Assembly: GCA_051648645.1 (NCBI GenBank)
Contig: JBOFFP010000003.1
Location: 301,266 to 365,265, forward strand
DNA length: 64,000 nucleotides
Direction of reading: 5' to 3'
From: Candidatus Rhabdochlamydia sp.
Lineage (GTDB): Bacteria; Chlamydiota; Chlamydiia; Chlamydiales; Rhabdochlamydiaceae
The notes beneath the pieces are model-generated. The model was not told where the DNA came from and did no database searches. It saw only the letters and a list, made by a program, of their open reading frames with translations. The first letter of the stretch is position 1. Each line of letters opens with the position of its first letter. This document shows positions 62,553-64,000 of this stretch, in pieces. The translations under genes were made by a program, and so were the position numbers.

Positions 62553-63116
62553 ATGACTGATTTAGTTAAGAAAAAATTTTATTTCGTGCGTCATGGGGAA
62601 ACCGATTGGAATAAAAAAAATCTTTGTCAAGGTCAAATGGATATTCCACTTAATCAAAAAGGAATAGAAGAAGCTGAACAACTCTATCCATTGATAACAA
62701 CCTTGTCTTTCTCAAAAATTTTTACAAGTCCTTTGACTAGAGCGCTTCAAACAGCTCAAATCATTCAAAATAATTGTTTACGTCCTATTAAAATTATCGA
62801 TGCGCTTAAAGAAAGAAAATGGGGATTAATAGAAAGTTCTGTAAGCACTGAAATGTATCGAATAGAACAACTCGAAGAGCAGAATGTTCCCTATACTTCA
62901 CCCTTTGGTATCGAATCGCGATCAACTTTTAAATTGCGTGTTTTACATGGAATAAATTCTGCTCTGAATAAAGAAACACCGTTATTTGTATCTCATGGAA
63001 GAGTTTTTTTAGTTCTCTTAGAAATCTTGAGGATCCCTCTTATAAGGCAACTCCCAAATGCCACTATTGTTGAGTGTATTCCTTTTTGTGATAAGTGGAA
63101 AATTGCATTTCATTAA
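62553..63116 (+). CDS. Histidine phosphatase family protein
   Basis: RHGETDWN, SPL.RA.QTA, VSHG. Confidence 0.92.
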   Translation: MTDLVKKKFYFVRHGETDWNKKNLCQGQMDIPLNQKGIEEAEQLYPLITTLSFSKIFTSPLTRALQTAQIIQNNCLRPIKIIDALKERKWGLIESSVSTEMYRIEQLEEQNVPYTSPFGIESRSTFKLRVLHGINSALNKETPLFVSHGRVFLVLLEILRIPLIRQLPNATIVECIPFCDKWKIAFH

Positions 63117-63336
63117 AAAACAATTCAGGTTTAGATATATAGACATTTCTCTGTCTTAGAGCCTGTTTAAAAACTAGCCAATAATTTATGAAAGATTACC
63201 TTCAAAAAATTTTGGAGAACGATTATGAACCCGTTTTCTATGGTTTCCATTCGTCAGATGATCCTGGAAGCATTTGAACAAAAAACAGCTTGTTGTATAA
63301 TAAATGAGTGAGGCGCATGAATTAAGGGAAAAAGTT

Positions 63337-64000
63337 ATGGCATTGTTAAAATACTTAGATCCAAAAAACGACATTGCCTTTAAGAAGATCTTTGGCTCAG
63401 AAAAAAACAAAGACATTCTCATGCATTTCTTAAACAACATCCTCGGATCTTTTAAAGATAGTCCCATTGTAGATATAGATTTTTTATCTACTACTCTAAT
63501 TCCTAGGATCGACAAAAAAAAGCTGAGCATTGTCGATATTTTATGCAAAGATGAGAAGGGAGCCTCCTACATTATCGAAATGCAGGTGTCGGCAAATCAA
63601 GGATTTGAAAAACGCGCTCAATACTATACATCAAAGGTTTATAGCGATCAGGCCACGATTGGAGAAGAATACCAAGACCTCAAAAAAGTCGTTTTTATAG
63701 CGATTGCTGACTATGTCATTTTTTCTGAACCAGAAGATATTCACTATAAATCAGAGCATGCAATATTAAATCAAAAAACAAAAAAACAAACTCTTAAAGA
63801 TCTTTGCTTTGTCTTTATCGAGCTTCCCAAATTTCATAAAACCAAAGAAGAGCTATCCTCTATAGAAGAAAAGTGGTGCTATTTTTTTAAACACGCTCAT
63901 GAAATTACTAGAGAAGATTTAGAAAAAGTGATAGGAAAAGATCACATTATTAACAAAGCCTATACAACCCTTAATAAGTACTATTGGACTAAGAAGGAAC
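63337..64000 (+). CDS. Rpn / PD-(D/E)XK nuclease family protein, truncated by window end (missing from ORF track)
   Basis: MALLKYLDPKNDIAFKKIFG, VDILC.D, IIEMQV, KRAQYY, FIELPKF; AAGGGA SD; promoter-like TTGAAC-N16-TATAAT at 63274-63301. Confidence 0.88.
   Translation, partial: MALLKYLDPKNDIAFKKIFGSEKNKDILMHFLNNILGSFKDSPIVDIDFLSTTLIPRIDKKKLSIVDILCKDEKGASYIIEMQVSANQGFEKRAQYYTSKVYSDQATIGEEYQDLKKVVFIAIADYVIFSEPEDIHYKSEHAILNQKTKKQTLKDLCFVFIELPKFHKTKEELSSIEEKWCYFFKHAHEITREDLEKVIGKDHIINKAYTTLNKYYWTKKE

Noticed and set aside
63186..63548. 120-aa minus-strand ORF
   Set aside because: Antisense to the Rpn gene, which carries the recognisable motifs

Overview
AT-rich chromosomal segment of a member of Chlamydiota. 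The taxonomic call rests on grgA-gapA beside the alpha operon, an L3-led ribosomal cluster lacking rpsJ/rpsN/rpmD/adk/infA/rpmJ/rpsD, an Hc2-like histone, and the uhpC-dnaE and fmt-lpxA-fabZ-lpxC blocks; an environmental Rhabdochlamydia/Simkania-type lineage is an inference. About two thirds is core: lon, tsaB, rpsU, dnaJ, murJ, the rplC-rplQ cluster, lipid A genes, rsmB/rsmA, dacC, dnaE, uhpC and tRNA-Leu(TAA). Accessory stretches are at about 9.5-14 kb, 16.6-27.6 kb, 42.6-44.6 kb, 53.8-55.1 kb and 63.2-64 kb. No CRISPR array, rRNA or intact mobile element was seen. The most notable observations are: (1) a cytochrome bd operon whose CydA has Cys in place of the heme-ligating Glu (E. coli E445), co-oriented with a SOUL heme-binding protein, a mini-channel and a YbjT-like SDR; (2) a CIRCE-like site upstream of dnaJ, followed by a Fic gene lacking the autoinhibitory Glu; (3) a signal-peptide-bearing sirtuin lacking the Zn domain and catalytic HG, in an islet behind tRNA-Leu; (4) a candidate leaderless uORF with hairpins in front of an MFS transporter; (5) a structured leader for the rplC operon; (6) two unannotated small proteins. 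All homology calls come from motif recognition; no searches were run.
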